The translations under genes and the position numbers were made by a program. From the sequence record OR525702.1: a stretch of DNA of 64,000 bases, one strand, 5' to 3'. This DNA is from Escherichia phage vB-Eco-KMB23. Position 1 is the first letter of the stretch, and each line of letters begins with the position of its first letter. The notes beneath the pieces are model-generated. The model did not search any database, was not told where the DNA came from, and saw nothing but the letters and a program-made list of their open reading frames with translations. This document shows positions 1 to 9,697 of the stretch, piece after piece.

Positions 1-1479
1 TACAATAGAAGCAATATCACGCCAAGTAAATAAAAGAGCAATATCAATTCTTGCCTTTTCACCTTCACTAAATGAAGCATAACTAAAATCTTCACGACCA
101 CGGGATTTAATTGTCTCATTAAATTCTTCATCTAATGTAAACACATAATCCGCTTCCATTATTTTAAGATAATGGTTAATCTGCTTATTAAATAATGGAA
201 TGTACTTTTTAATAATAGCACCTTTAATACCAGAATCTTTGAGCATATCAGTCAAAATTCCTCGGTGGTATTTTTCCATTACTAAATTAGTTTTTGTCTT
301 AACAATTTTATCAAGTTCTTCTTGAAGCAGTGCTATTTCATCAGCATGGTCAATAAACTCAGAAGATGCTTTTTCTATAGCTGCTTTAACTTTTTTAGCT
401 TTATCTACCGTCGTGATTAGAGATTGCTTTTTATTGCGAATATCATTTGCCAACGACTGTTGGGTTTTAATATTATCTCGGTATTCATCAACAAGAACTT
501 TTAAATTATCACGATGTGTTGAAAGCTGTTCAAACGAATGCGTACATTCAGAAACTTTATCTTTAATTTTAGAAACAACTTTATCACCGGAACTTAATTG
601 TGACAAGCAGGTTGGACATAATCCGCCTTCGTGATACATATTAATGACTTTATTATACGAGTCAATTTTTGATTTAATTAAAACTGCTTCTTGACCGATT
701 TTATTAAATGCATCAGTCGGGTCTTCATCTAAAACAATATTAACTAATCTTTCATTAGCTTCTTCTATTTCCGATTTTAGCGTTCTAGCTTCTTTTGCCA
801 AATCATCATACATATTTTGCAGACGAGTAAGGTTGTCACCAGTTAATTTTTTCTGGCGTTCAACGTTATCATTATATATTTTAATTTGTTGGATAATACT
901 ATCTTTTTTAACATCAAGCACTTGGTTTTGTGAATTTAATTCACGTATTAGTGCTTTATTAAGCTTATCCATTTCAGCTAATGTTCCTACCTCGAGCAGG
1001 TCTTCCACAAGCTTTCTTCGCGCAGGGGTCGACAAACCCATGAAAGGGGTATACCCTGCTGTACCAAGGACAACAATCTGCTTGAAACTGGCATATGACA
1101 TTCCGATAAGCTGTTCAAATTCTGCTTGGAAATCTTTACTGCTAGCAGATTCATTAAGACGTGTACCGTTAACGGTGATTTCGAAAACGTTCGGTTTTTG
1201 TCCTCTTTTGATATAGTACTTTTTCTCATCATATTCCATCCACAGTTCAACTAAAAGTTCTTTCTTATTTGTGCTGTTTATTAATTGGCCTTTCTTTACA
1301 TCACGAAATGGCTTGCCAAAAAGCCCAAATGTGATGGCTTCTAACATAGTAGACTTACCACCGCCATTTCGGCCAGTAATAAGAGTTTTTTGAACCTTAT
1401 CTAATTGAATGTCAACTCCATTTTGACCAACTGACATTATATTTTTATATTTTACTCTATTAAGTTTAAATGATTTCAT
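1..1479 (-). CDS. 46: Recombination endonuclease subunit gp46 (SbcC/Rad50-like ATPase), partial; C-terminus lies beyond window start
   Basis: Runs off the window so absent from ORF track; manual minus-strand translation from ATG at 1477-1479 gives MKSFKLNRVKYKNIMSVGQNG...TGRNGGGKSTMLEAITFG (Walker A), matching T4 gp46 N-terminus; lies downstream of gene 47 as in T4. Confidence 0.85.
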   Translation of the reverse strand, partial: MKSFKLNRVKYKNIMSVGQNGVDIQLDKVQKTLITGRNGGGKSTMLEAITFGLFGKPFRDVKKGQLINSTNKKELLVELWMEYDEKKYYIKRGQKPNVFEITVNGTRLNESASSKDFQAEFEQLIGMSYASFKQIVVLGTAGYTPFMGLSTPARRKLVEDLLEVGTLAEMDKLNKALIRELNSQNQVLDVKKDSIIQQIKIYNDNVERQKKLTGDNLTRLQNMYDDLAKEARTLKSEIEEANERLVNIVLDEDPTDAFNKIGQEAVLIKSKIDSYNKVINMYHEGGLCPTCLSQLSSGDKVVSKIKDKVSECTHSFEQLSTHRDNLKVLVDEYRDNIKTQQSLANDIRNKKQSLITTVDKAKKVKAAIEKASSEFIDHADEIALLQEELDKIVKTKTNLVMEKYHRGILTDMLKDSGIKGAIIKKYIPLFNKQINHYLKIMEADYVFTLDEEFNETIKSRGREDFSYASFSEGEKARIDIALLFTWRDIASIV

Positions 1480-1494
1480 TTTGTATCCAATTGT

Positions 1495-2349
1495 TCACAA
1501 TGAAGAAAATTCTTTAACTAAAGCCTGTAATGAAGCCTCTATTGGATATCCATTCTTAACTAACATTTTCCTAAACATCACATGTTTAGGACGATTATAT
1601 GATATCCACAATTCATACAATTTATCTTTATTATCCCAATGATAGCCTTTTCGTCGAGATGCTATATGAGCTTTTCTAATCTCCGGATTTTTCCAACTAG
1701 CAGCTACTGAATTTGATATAGCTATTTTATATTCAGGTTTTGATAAAGCAGCACGAACAGCCTTTTGGTGTTTAATTTTATTTTCTTCGTTATTAAACCA
1801 TTCCCTTGAAGCCATTGAAATTTTTTGTTTTGTTTTAAAATTATTTAATCTTTCTTTGTTATCTTTCCTATTTTTTGCTACTGAAAAATATTTTAATGCC
1901 CTTTCTCTAGCAGCATTTCTATTTTGCGGATTTGAATAATACTGTTGAAGCCTTTTTGATATTGTGTCACTTACATCTTGTTTTATAAAACTATATTCAG
2001 CAGCTATTAAATCAACTTCGGCTAAAGATAAATTTTTATATGTTTTTCCTGACATCATTCTATTTAAAGCATTTAGCATTTTTCCATTTTTACCTTTTGC
2101 TAATAAGAAATGTGCTTTAAAATGATTAAAATGACTTAAATTAACTAAATTCCATGTAGATTTTAAATATTCAGGAAATATTGATTTAGGAAGCACGTGG
2201 TGTGCTTCCGTTTTACCTGGAGTTTTAACAGTTGAATTCATAGAAATAAAATTAATGTAAGACTTGGCGTCTTCTTCACTCAACGCTAATTTTTCAACTA
2301 ATTCCTTTATTAAAAATTCATCATTAATGTCAAGTTTAAAATTCTTCAC
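1495..2349 (-). CDS. HNH-family homing endonuclease (free-standing, mob-like), 284 aa, GTG start
   Basis: HNH-like motif AHHVLPKSIFPE...NLVNLSHFNHFKAHF; C-terminal repeated basic WxNPE(I)RKA-type motifs typical of endonuclease DNA-binding modules; sits between genes 47 and 46. Confidence 0.7.
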   Translation of the reverse strand: MKNFKLDINDEFLIKELVEKLALSEEDAKSYINFISMNSTVKTPGKTEAHHVLPKSIFPEYLKSTWNLVNLSHFNHFKAHFLLAKGKNGKMLNALNRMMSGKTYKNLSLAEVDLIAAEYSFIKQDVSDTISKRLQQYYSNPQNRNAARERALKYFSVAKNRKDNKERLNNFKTKQKISMASREWFNNEENKIKHQKAVRAALSKPEYKIAISNSVAASWKNPEIRKAHIASRRKGYHWDNKDKLYELWISYNRPKHVMFRKMLVKNGYPIEASLQALVKEFSSL

Positions 2350-2536
2350 AAAAGATTCCTTTTAATGTATCTTTTAGACCATTCTATCATATCATCATAA
2401 TCTAAAAAGTATTCATCAAATTCAGCCATGCAAACAACACCTTGTGCTGCTTTTGATGTGATATAAATTATTCCAACATATCTAGAATCTTCTTCGGTGT
2501 AATCAATATTTGCTATGAATTCATCATTAATGTCAA
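2315..2536. repeat. Direct repeat pair (19-bp perfect core TTGACATTAATGATGAATT on minus strand) at 2315-2333 and 2518-2536
   Basis: Both copies encode (F/L)DINDEF at the starts of two adjacent ORFs, the HNH endonuclease and the upstream small ORF. Confidence 0.75.
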
Positions 2537-2609
2537 ATGTCGAAAACTTCACAGTATGCATCCTTAATACAAGATACAGCCATATCTCGTAATGATTTAG
2601 GTGTGTCAT
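2346..2609 (-). CDS. Hypothetical small protein (probable true start near 2561, MHTVKFSTFDINDEF)
   Basis: ORF track; overlaps neighbouring ORF in another frame so the N-terminal extension is doubtful. Confidence 0.45.
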   Translation of the reverse strand: MTHLNHYEIWLYLVLRMHTVKFSTFDINDEFIANIDYTEEDSRYVGIIYITSKAAQGVVCMAEFDEYFLDYDDMIEWSKRYIKRNLL

Positions 2610-2796
2610 TATCTAAAATGTTGAAGTTAAAAGATACAGCCCAGTCAGTGCAGACTGTAACCTTTTTAATACAATTATCTTCAACCTCTAGTGGTTCAAA
2701 CCAATATTCAATAATTTCTTTGTGCCCAATATCATCTTTTACTTCGCATTCAAAATGCTGACTCATCATAACATTTTTAAATTCATCAAAAGTCAT
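2533..2796 (-). CDS. Hypothetical protein, 87 aa
   Basis: ORF track; start overlaps gene 47 stop by 4 nt (typical phage coupling). Confidence 0.5.
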   Translation of the reverse strand: MTFDEFKNVMMSQHFECEVKDDIGHKEIIEYWFEPLEVEDNCIKKVTVCTDWAVSFNFNILDNDTPKSLRDMAVSCIKDAYCEVFDI

Positions 2797-3812
2797 TGTG
2801 TTGCCTCTACATATAACTGATTTGCGTATTGAATAAGTGCTTCGCGATCAGAATCAGTGATGTCTGGAATTGCATTAATGTATTCTTCCATCAATGTCTG
2901 AAGAGATTGAACTTCAACCTCTTCGCTATCATCTGACTCGACAGAGTTATCAATCTTTGACACAACTCGTAATGAATGCACAACTTTTTCTAGTTCAGAT
3001 TCGAACTTCGTCAGATTTTTGTCTACCTCAGTTACTATAACACGTACTGATAGATTTGTAAAATCTTTATAGTCAATTTTTCCCTTAAATGGATATTGAA
3101 TTCGACGATGCCAGGTAGTGTTGTTTGGAATAAATTCCATTCGTTCTGTTTCTGTATCAAACATCCAGAACCCACGAGGGTCATTCTCGTCACCTGCAGT
3201 TAGTGTCCATGGTGTCCCAATATATCTGACGTTTGCAGCCTCAGAGATAGTATGGAAGTGACCAGACCACACTTCTTTATAAGTCTTAAGGAAATCAGGT
3301 TCAAGACCATGAGATTTCATTCCTTTATAAAAATAAAATCCGTTCAGTTCCCAGTGACCAACGCAAAAAGAAGCAGATGAAGTTTTGATGTGCTCAAGAA
3401 TTTCACCAGTATTTTCTTCGCACATCCAAGGAATCAAATCAATCAAACACCCGTCAAAATCTACTGTAGTAGGCTTATCATATACTTTAACATTAGAATA
3501 TTTAGCCAAAAGCTCAGTAGAGGCATTTGGATGCATTACATTTTTGTAGTGGAGATCGTGATTTCCTACAATAGTATGTAATGTGATTCCAGCGTCATCA
3601 AGCATTTGAACTATTTCACGGGCAAACTCCATAGTTTTATGTGTGATTGCTTTTCGCACATCAAAAATATCACCATATTGAATCCATACAGTAATTCCAT
3701 TTTTCTTAGAATATTCTATCGCTTGCTTAATTCCATCAATTTGAATACCGCGAATCCACTCATCATCAGCTTTAACGCCTAAATGCCAATCACCTAAATT
3801 TAAAATTTTCAT
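2793..3812 (-). CDS. 47: Recombination endonuclease subunit gp47 (Mre11-like nuclease)
   Basis: 339 aa as in T4 gp47; phosphoesterase motifs LGDWHLG, GDIFD, GNHD, GHWE, GHFH. Confidence 0.9.
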   Translation of the reverse strand: MKILNLGDWHLGVKADDEWIRGIQIDGIKQAIEYSKKNGITVWIQYGDIFDVRKAITHKTMEFAREIVQMLDDAGITLHTIVGNHDLHYKNVMHPNASTELLAKYSNVKVYDKPTTVDFDGCLIDLIPWMCEENTGEILEHIKTSSASFCVGHWELNGFYFYKGMKSHGLEPDFLKTYKEVWSGHFHTISEAANVRYIGTPWTLTAGDENDPRGFWMFDTETERMEFIPNNTTWHRRIQYPFKGKIDYKDFTNLSVRVIVTEVDKNLTKFESELEKVVHSLRVVSKIDNSVESDDSEEVEVQSLQTLMEEYINAIPDITDSDREALIQYANQLYVEATQ

Positions 3813-3973
3813 ATATCAAGAACCGTCATTGAAATGCAAAATAAAATTATTGAAATAAATCCATCTGGAGTGCTAAAGAACCCAATCCAGCACGCTCTAG
3901 TGAATAGATAAAATGCAAGAAAAAGTATCACATATCCAAGAAATATCATTATATCAAACTCCGTATAAAGCTA

Positions 3974-3991
3974 AAGGGCCGAAGCCCTTTA
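3974..3991 (-). terminator. Stem-loop (GGGCC-tetraloop-GGCCC) overlapping a-gt stop; RNA stability or partial terminator
   Basis: aaagggccgaagcccttt; weak U-tract on minus strand. Confidence 0.35.
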
Positions 3992-5191
3992 TTTTGTAAT
4001 AATGTCAAACTGTTCTTTAAAGCAGAAGCTTGAATCTTGATGTTGATACAAAAATTCATACGCTTTTTCTCGCTCACGGTCATAAAGAGCTCGGTCAGAT
4101 GACAGTTCTTTAATACGTTCAAATGTTGATTCCATATCATTTTCATCAAACCAAATGATACCGCTATCATGCGAGGTCAAAGGAGTATTATCAACACGGA
4201 ATTTTAAATTTTCGCCAGTAGATTTCCAAAATACCGGAATTGTTCCACATGCACCAAGCTCGAGGTGAGTATATTCTAAAGAGCGCTGTAGATATTTTTT
4301 ATCCAACTTACTCAGCTGATAACCAAATCCGGATTTACTCATGCGTTCAAGCATTTCGCTATTTACATAACGGTCAAGAATTTGCGTTGGCAAATTAGGA
4401 GCAATTTTAATTTGGTCTACTTGATGAAGACGATAATACTCGTATGGAATTCCTTTTTCTTTAATAGGAATGAACGCTGGAGAACGTTCCAGACCTTCCA
4501 TAATAGTACTTAGTCCTGCAGGTTTAAGATGTTTTTCATGAAAATCAAACATCTGATAAAAACCTTTCCATGTAGTCGTACGACCAATCCAACGGTTGAT
4601 ATTCATGTTAATTTCAGAAACATCTTTCCAGTAGGTTGACCGAACCTTCGCAATATCCATAGGAGGCTGAAAGTTATATACTGTCGGTGCTTCTTCAATA
4701 TCATCAAACAGAGAAACAGTTTCTGGATACCATTCTTTCATCAGAACTTTATTAAAATCACCATTATCAGAATGGCTAAAAATAACATCAGCTCGACGAA
4801 CAGTTTCTTCTAATCCCAAATTTCGGCGCAAAGAAAGAGAAGAATGGTCATGTTGATAAACTACAACACGAACAGAAGGTTTAATGTTATCAATAATTTT
4901 TTTATAGTTATTAATAGTGTCTTCTTCAACCGAAGTAGCAGGAACTGAATTGATAATTAGAATATCACAATCATTTACCAGCTTAAGTGTTTTATCATAT
5001 TCTTTTGCCAATAAAACCGGAATTGAAAATGATTTATAATCATGCGCGCAATTACGAGTAAATGATTTATCTTTAGCATAAACCAAAGTTACTTCATGAC
5101 CATTCTTAATAAACCAATCACGTTGCTCAAGAGAAAATTTAGTTACACCACAACCTTCAAGACCTCGAGCCATAAAAATACATACTTTCAT
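3989..5191 (-). CDS. a-gt: DNA alpha-glucosyltransferase
   Basis: 400 aa; N-terminus MKVCIFMARGLEGCGVTKFSLEQRDWFIKNGHEVTLVYAKDKSF matches T4 alpha-glucosyltransferase as I recall it. Confidence 0.9.
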   Translation of the reverse strand: MKVCIFMARGLEGCGVTKFSLEQRDWFIKNGHEVTLVYAKDKSFTRNCAHDYKSFSIPVLLAKEYDKTLKLVNDCDILIINSVPATSVEEDTINNYKKIIDNIKPSVRVVVYQHDHSSLSLRRNLGLEETVRRADVIFSHSDNGDFNKVLMKEWYPETVSLFDDIEEAPTVYNFQPPMDIAKVRSTYWKDVSEINMNINRWIGRTTTWKGFYQMFDFHEKHLKPAGLSTIMEGLERSPAFIPIKEKGIPYEYYRLHQVDQIKIAPNLPTQILDRYVNSEMLERMSKSGFGYQLSKLDKKYLQRSLEYTHLELGACGTIPVFWKSTGENLKFRVDNTPLTSHDSGIIWFDENDMESTFERIKELSSDRALYDREREKAYEFLYQHQDSSFCFKEQFDIITK

Positions 5192-5241
5192 TTAATATCC
5201 TCTTTGTTTTGGTTTATTTTACCAAAAATTTATAAAGCAAT

Positions 5242-5261
5242 ATAGGAGCCGAAGCTCCTAT
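5242..5261 (-). terminator. Stem-loop, candidate terminator
   Basis: ataggagccgaagctcctat, tetraloop hairpin with moderately T-rich tail on minus strand. Confidence 0.45.
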
Positions 5262-5434
5262 CCACATAATACGCCATACAGAGGCTCGTTAGAACTTTTA
5301 AATTTTATGCGCTTATATTTTATAGTTCCTTCTGCTTTAGCTTTATCATGAGACGCTTTAAAGAGTCTCATCATTTCCTCTTTAGAGGAACGAATTTTAT
5401 TATAATCTATTTCAGAAGTCTGGGTGTTCATCTT

Positions 5435-5641
5435 TCATAACTGCCACCATTTTTTGACTTGATAAGAATCAACCCACACTTTCATATTAGGGTCTGCTCT
5501 TACAATAGGAGGATTAACTTCTTTAATTGAACTATCATGGTATTCTTTTTCAGAAATTTTCACACAAAGATGACCATTCAAAGATTCAGTAAATCCTGCA
5601 TTAATTTTAAGACGCTTGAATTTTACGTGTGTAAGCATCAA
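5435..5641 (-). CDS. Hypothetical small protein
   Basis: ORF track only; overlaps next ORF. Confidence 0.4.
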   Translation of the reverse strand: MMLTHVKFKRLKINAGFTESLNGHLCVKISEKEYHDSSIKEVNPPIVRADPNMKVWVDSYQVKKWWQL

Positions 5642-5924
5642 TCATATCCTCAATCTGCGATCTAGTAGTCTTCCAAAGAATACTGATAAGTTCATCGTTA
5701 TATGGCTGTTTTAGAATATCCCGACTTTTCTTGATAGCATATTCGTATTGAGCAAAATTATTATTTTCAGCTGCAATCTGAGCGTGCTTATAAAGACGAT
5801 TCAGTTCGCGTTTGTTTTTAGACAATAACTTATTTGCTTTTCTTTCTGCTTCAAGACGGTTCTTTTCTTCAATAGAAGAAATAAGCTTTTCCACTTCATC
5901 ATTAATTTCGGGTTTATCAGTCAT
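5607..5924 (-). CDS. Hypothetical protein, 105 aa, charged/helical
   Basis: ORF track; compact fit between neighbours. Confidence 0.5.
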   Translation of the reverse strand: MTDKPEINDEVEKLISSIEEKNRLEAERKANKLLSKNKRELNRLYKHAQIAAENNNFAQYEYAIKKSRDILKQPYNDELISILWKTTRSQIEDMIDAYTRKIQAS

Positions 5925-5925
5925 A

Positions 5926-6144
5926 TTATTTCTCTAATATAAAATAAAAATCATCATCTGTTAAATGATACCGATAGTTTAATTCTACACCATTAGATTT
6001 AAAAGCGGTATCATACGGATTTTCTGGATCAATATCAATGTCAAGAGCTAAAACTTCCCTGAGATACATTTTAAGTAAATAGGGAATAGCTTCAACTTCA
6101 GGTATTTCTTCCAAGAATCCGGAGAGGTTAATCGTTAGCCTCAT
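5926..6144 (-). CDS. Hypothetical protein, 72 aa
   Basis: ORF track; directly downstream of gene 55. Confidence 0.5.
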
Positions 6145-6685
6145 ATAAAAAATCCAAACTAGGAGAATCGTCTACAACACTTTTCTTTTCAGCCCCCGGT
6201 GTTCTATAGGTTGATTCTTCGTAATGCGTCATTTTATCGTAGATGTCTTGAATAAAAGTTTCATCTACTAACGCAACCATATCGTCGTCACGACTGTCAT
6301 AGACATTGTGAACGAAGTAACTATATTTCTTTGCAACTTCCTTACGTTCTTTTTTAATACGCTGGACGAATGCATTAAAACAAGCTTGAGTTATATATGC
6401 ATGTGGGTTTTTATATTTCGTTTCATCAAAATTATGAAGCCCCTTAATAGAAGCTTCTATACCATCTGCAATCATTTCTTGTTTCCAAGACTGGGTGTAT
6501 CCTGAAAAGTTGAAACGTTTAGATAAGCCTTCTGCAATAAGCATAATGGCTAATCCGATAGTATCATTCTGACGAACTACTTTATTTGGGTCTTTATTAT
6601 TTGCTAATTCTGTTTTCCAATCAATAATAGCTTGTAAAAGCTCTTTATTGTTTACGTAATTATATTTAGGCTTAGTTTCTGACAT
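6128..6685 (-). CDS. 55: Late-transcription sigma factor gp55
   Basis: From [24 protein letters not shown] the product is 185 aa, matching T4 gp55; the ORF track adds a 2-codon upstream extension. Confidence 0.9.
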
Positions 6686-6763
6686 TTTCACCTCTTAGCT
6701 CAATTCATAGATCTATTATATCATAATATTTGAAGATCTATCTTAAAGCATAGAGGATATCAG

Positions 6764-7033
6764 TTATCTAAGTAAACAGTATGCTTGGAACACTTTCTCC
6801 ATCATCTTTTTAAATTCATGAATATCTATATAATGACTAGTTAAATCAGCATGATATAAAAAGTCTAAAAACTTTTCATGTGTGCTAACATATTCACTTT
6901 CATTTAATTCAGAAACATGACTTTCCCAATATCCAACACCAGTCTTATTTGGGAAAAATGAAATTTTCATGTATTGGTCAACATAGAAAATGCCATAATT
7001 TTCAATAGTAATAGAAATATTAATAAATTTCAT
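6764..7033 (-). CDS. Hypothetical protein, 89 aa
   Basis: ORF track. Confidence 0.5.
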   Translation of the reverse strand: MKFINISITIENYGIFYVDQYMKISFFPNKTGVGYWESHVSELNESEYVSTHEKFLDFLYHADLTSHYIDIHEFKKMMEKVFQAYCLLR

Positions 7034-7245
7034 ACATTCATCAACTTAGCCGCTTCAAGAGCTGCATCTAGTGAATCAAATTGGTCAACATATTCAATCA
7101 ATTCGCCATAATTGGCATATAACCACCATTGGCTAAATTCATACTCAAGGATGAATCCGTTTCCTTCAATTTGAGTTAAACCAATGCCATTTGTATTTAC
7201 TTCATATCCAGCAAGACGCAAATCGTTAATAAGAGCTTCGTTCAT
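7030..7245 (-). CDS. Hypothetical protein, 71 aa
   Basis: ORF track; 4-nt overlaps with neighbours. Confidence 0.5.
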   Translation of the reverse strand: MNEALINDLRLAGYEVNTNGIGLTQIEGNGFILEYEFSQWWLYANYGELIEYVDQFDSLDAALEAAKLMNV

Positions 7246-7247
7246 AA

Positions 7248-7574
7248 TTATACCTTAGTAATTTTCAGGTCTGCAAATTTTTTCTTGCGTTGATTTTTCA
7301 TACGACGAATAGTTTTATCGGAAATTTCATGCTTTTGATAAGCTTTAGATTCTACACCAAAAGCTTTAACATCAAATTCTGACAAGATATATTGAACCAA
7401 CAATTCACGGACAGTATTGCGTCCAATCTTCTGATCATTCTGTTTCATCGTCTGATGAAGCTCTTTTTCCCATTTATCCAAAATTTGAGGAGTTACAATA
7501 TCGCCTTTTTCTAGCAAAGAAACTACTTTATCATATGCGTAAGAATTAATGACGTTTTTAATTTGAATAGTCAT
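7248..7574 (-). CDS. Hypothetical protein, 108 aa
   Basis: ORF track. Confidence 0.55.
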   Translation of the reverse strand: MTIQIKNVINSYAYDKVVSLLEKGDIVTPQILDKWEKELHQTMKQNDQKIGRNTVRELLVQYILSEFDVKAFGVESKAYQKHEISDKTIRRMKNQRKKKFADLKITKV

Positions 7575-7606
7575 ACATTATCCTCAATTACGTTAAAATT
7601 TTATTA

Positions 7607-7627
7607 TCCAAAAAGGGCCGAAGCCCT
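7607..7627 (-). terminator. Rho-independent terminator
   Basis: Minus strand AAGGGCTTCGGCCCTT followed by TTTTT; immediately after stop of 7627..7827. Confidence 0.65.
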
Positions 7628-7827
7628 TAGCTAAACTTTTTGGCACCCTTCCAGCCTTCATACATCATTGCGGCTGATATTAATATTGCTCCTGAGCAAC
7701 TTGAATATTTGTGATTCCAAAACCAGTTTAGAAAAACTTCATCATCAATACCTTGGGCTATCATATTTTCAAAGAACTGACGACGAGATTCGGCAATTCG
7801 TTGTGATAATTTAGATTCAGGATTCAT
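7627..7827 (-). CDS. Hypothetical protein, 66 aa
   Basis: ORF track; followed by terminator hairpin. Confidence 0.45.
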   Translation of the reverse strand: MNPESKLSQRIAESRRQFFENMIAQGIDDEVFLNWFWNHKYSSCSGAILISAAMMYEGWKGAKKFS

Positions 7828-8043
7828 TTAAATTTTCCAGTTACCGTTTTCATCAATAAATTTAATCCAGTCATTTACTGACCACTTAGTTGTATCACCT
7901 TTTGGAGTAACATTTAAAGTGTATAACCCCTGCTTAAAAAGCATTCGTTTGATATTCATAATTTCCTCAGCTGTAACGATAACACTCGTTTGATTTACGT
8001 TTAGCAACTCGTTGAGAAGTATTATAATCAAAATCATCGTCAA
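7828..8043 (-). CDS. Hypothetical small protein (start uncertain)
   Basis: ORF track; overlaps 7967..8305 by 77 nt in another frame. Confidence 0.35.
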   Translation of the reverse strand: MTMILIIILLNELLNVNQTSVIVTAEEIMNIKRMLFKQGLYTLNVTPKGDTTKWSVNDWIKFIDENGNWKI

Positions 8044-8305
8044 TGTAAACTGATTTTTTCAACTTTCTTACTTCACCACGTAATTGGCGATTTAGCTCAT
8101 CTTTAACTTCTGAATCAATGCCTTTCATTCTACGCCATTTATCTGAGCGAAAAATGTTTTCAACCATATCTTTATGACTTACACCATCAGGAGCTTTACG
8201 CTTTCCGAAATAGTCATAATCACGTACTTTTAAATCTTTACGACGATACGTTTTACCCATGGAGTTTAATTTCCTTAGCAACTGAACTAAATACAGCACG
8301 ATCAC
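7967..8305 (-). CDS. Hypothetical basic protein (likely start at MGKTYRRK)
   Basis: ORF track; downstream of an early promoter-like element at 8461-8490. Confidence 0.45.
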   Translation of the reverse strand: MIVLYLVQLLRKLNSMGKTYRRKDLKVRDYDYFGKRKAPDGVSHKDMVENIFRSDKWRRMKGIDSEVKDELNRQLRGEVRKLKKSVYIDDDFDYNTSQRVAKRKSNECYRYS

Positions 8306-8460
8306 AAATCATCTGTTTATTCCATTTAAGTACAGTATAATGAACATCTAGATCATCTACTGCTGTAACAATAACAATATGTCCGTTAACACGATAATAC
8401 TGATCCTTTTTAATCTCTTTATCAACCATATCAAATCCTCAAAGGCAATTCATATGTTAA

Positions 8461-8490
8461 TAATACCACGGTTTGAACTTGTTGTAAACA
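8461..8490 (-). promoter_or_regulatory. T4-type early promoter (sigma70-like)
   Basis: Minus strand: GTTTAC -35, 18-nt spacer, TATTAT -10, with upstream AT-rich element ttcacaaagtt. Confidence 0.5.
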
Positions 8491-8560
8491 ACTTTGTGAA
8501 AAATATTTTAGGGAATGACAAGAAGGGAACGATAGCTTAGAATGGTAATATACAGAATGC

Positions 8561-8584
8561 GAGAAAGAAAGGCCCAGAGGGCCC
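8561..8584 (-). terminator. Candidate terminator after nrdH
   Basis: Minus strand GGGCCCTCTGGGCC then TTTCTTTCTC. Confidence 0.5.
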
Positions 8585-8587
8585 GTC

Positions 8588-8896
8588 TTAATCTTCTATG
8601 ATATCTCTATCATATCCAAGTGAAATGAGAGTTTCTTTGAAGTGTTTAATGTTCTTTTGTCTAGAATCATTAATGAAAATGACCGGATAACGAATGTTAA
8701 GAGATGTGAATCCAGCGCGTTTAGCAAGAGATACAATCAGTGGACGATCATACTCAATCTTACCATTATTTGTAAGAACTTTATAGAAAGTAAAAGGAGC
8801 ATTGAGCTCCTTTAGAAGTTTTGTAACTGATTGACATCCAGGACAACGACCTACTTCATCTGGAATTCCATAGACTTCAATCTTATTTTGTTTCAC
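8588..8896 (-). CDS. nrdH: Glutaredoxin-like protein
   Basis: 102 aa with CPGC redox motif; positioned next to nrdG/nrdD. Confidence 0.7.
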   Translation of the reverse strand: MKQNKIEVYGIPDEVGRCPGCQSVTKLLKELNAPFTFYKVLTNNGKIEYDRPLIVSLAKRAGFTSLNIRYPVIFINDSRQKNIKHFKETLISLGYDRDIIED

Positions 8897-8898
8897 AA

Positions 8899-9111
8899 CT
8901 ATTCCTTACTAAGAGCAGCATTCAGCTTGTTAGTAATTTTATCCAGACGCTTATTGAACTCACTAGAAGATAAGCCTTTTTCTGGAGAAATTAAGCTAAT
9001 CACGAAAAATATAGCAATAAAAGGAATAAGAAAAATAGCACCAACTGCCATAAACAAAAAGAACGTTACAGTTGTAAGAAAATCAGCTAAACCTTTACGA
9101 AATTTATACAT
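8899..9111 (-). CDS. Small membrane protein, 70 aa
   Basis: Hydrophobic segment FLFMAVGAIFLIPFIAIFFVISLI. Confidence 0.5.
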   Translation of the reverse strand: MYKFRKGLADFLTTVTFFLFMAVGAIFLIPFIAIFFVISLISPEKGLSSSEFNKRLDKITNKLNAALSKE

Positions 9112-9226
9112 ATTTTACCCTTAATTGATTAACCAAGCATTGATAAGCACTAAACTATATTGCGAATAAAATTCTGGACCAAAATGAAAAATCATATCAT
9201 TTATAGTATCCATAATGTAATTCAAT

Positions 9227-9697
9227 TTAATCATGTGTCCACACCCCATCGGTATTTGACCAAAGTCGCTGATTATCTGATCCTCGCCACAGCTTTTTGG
9301 TCGGAAGATTTTTCTCATACTTCCCATCAATAATAACATCAACATATTTAAGCATTTCTAGTTGTTTAATATCTTCAAACTTATATCCTGTCCACAACCA
9401 AATGCTTTTATTGGGATAAAGATTTTTAATAGTTTGAACCACAGAGTGAATCACGTCTCTGTTATCAGGATAGAGAGGGTCACCTCCGGTTATAGTCAAT
9501 CCTTCTATATAATCATTATTCAAACATTCAATTAATTGTTCTAGTGTTTCACCAGTGAATGGAATACCATTTCTAGCATTCCATGTTGATTTATTATAAC
9601 ACCCTTCACATTTATGCAAACAACCTGTAACGAAAAGAACGACCCTGCAACCAGGGCCATTCACAAAATCACAAGGATAAAATCTATCATAATTCAT
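9227..9697 (-). CDS. nrdG: Anaerobic ribonucleotide reductase activating protein (radical SAM)
   Basis: 156 aa; Cys cluster GCLHKCEGCYN; overlaps nrdD stop by 4 nt. Confidence 0.85.
   Translation of the reverse strand: MNYDRFYPCDFVNGPGCRVVLFVTGCLHKCEGCYNKSTWNARNGIPFTGETLEQLIECLNNDYIEGLTITGGDPLYPDNRDVIHSVVQTIKNLYPNKSIWLWTGYKFEDIKQLEMLKYVDVIIDGKYEKNLPTKKLWRGSDNQRLWSNTDGVWTHD

Noticed and set aside
413-1250. Plus- and minus-strand ORFs 413..634, 833..1216, 987..1250
   Set aside because: They lie inside or antisense to gene 46, whose minus-strand translation is continuous and recognisable.
3390-4170. ORFs 3390..3581 (+) and 3949..4170 (-)
   Set aside because: Embedded in or antisense to genes 47 and a-gt; alternative frames of confidently identified genes.
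9121-9345. Minus-strand ORF 9121..9345 overlapping nrdG
   Set aside because: Alternative frame across the nrdG 3' end; nrdG has the conserved radical-SAM motif.
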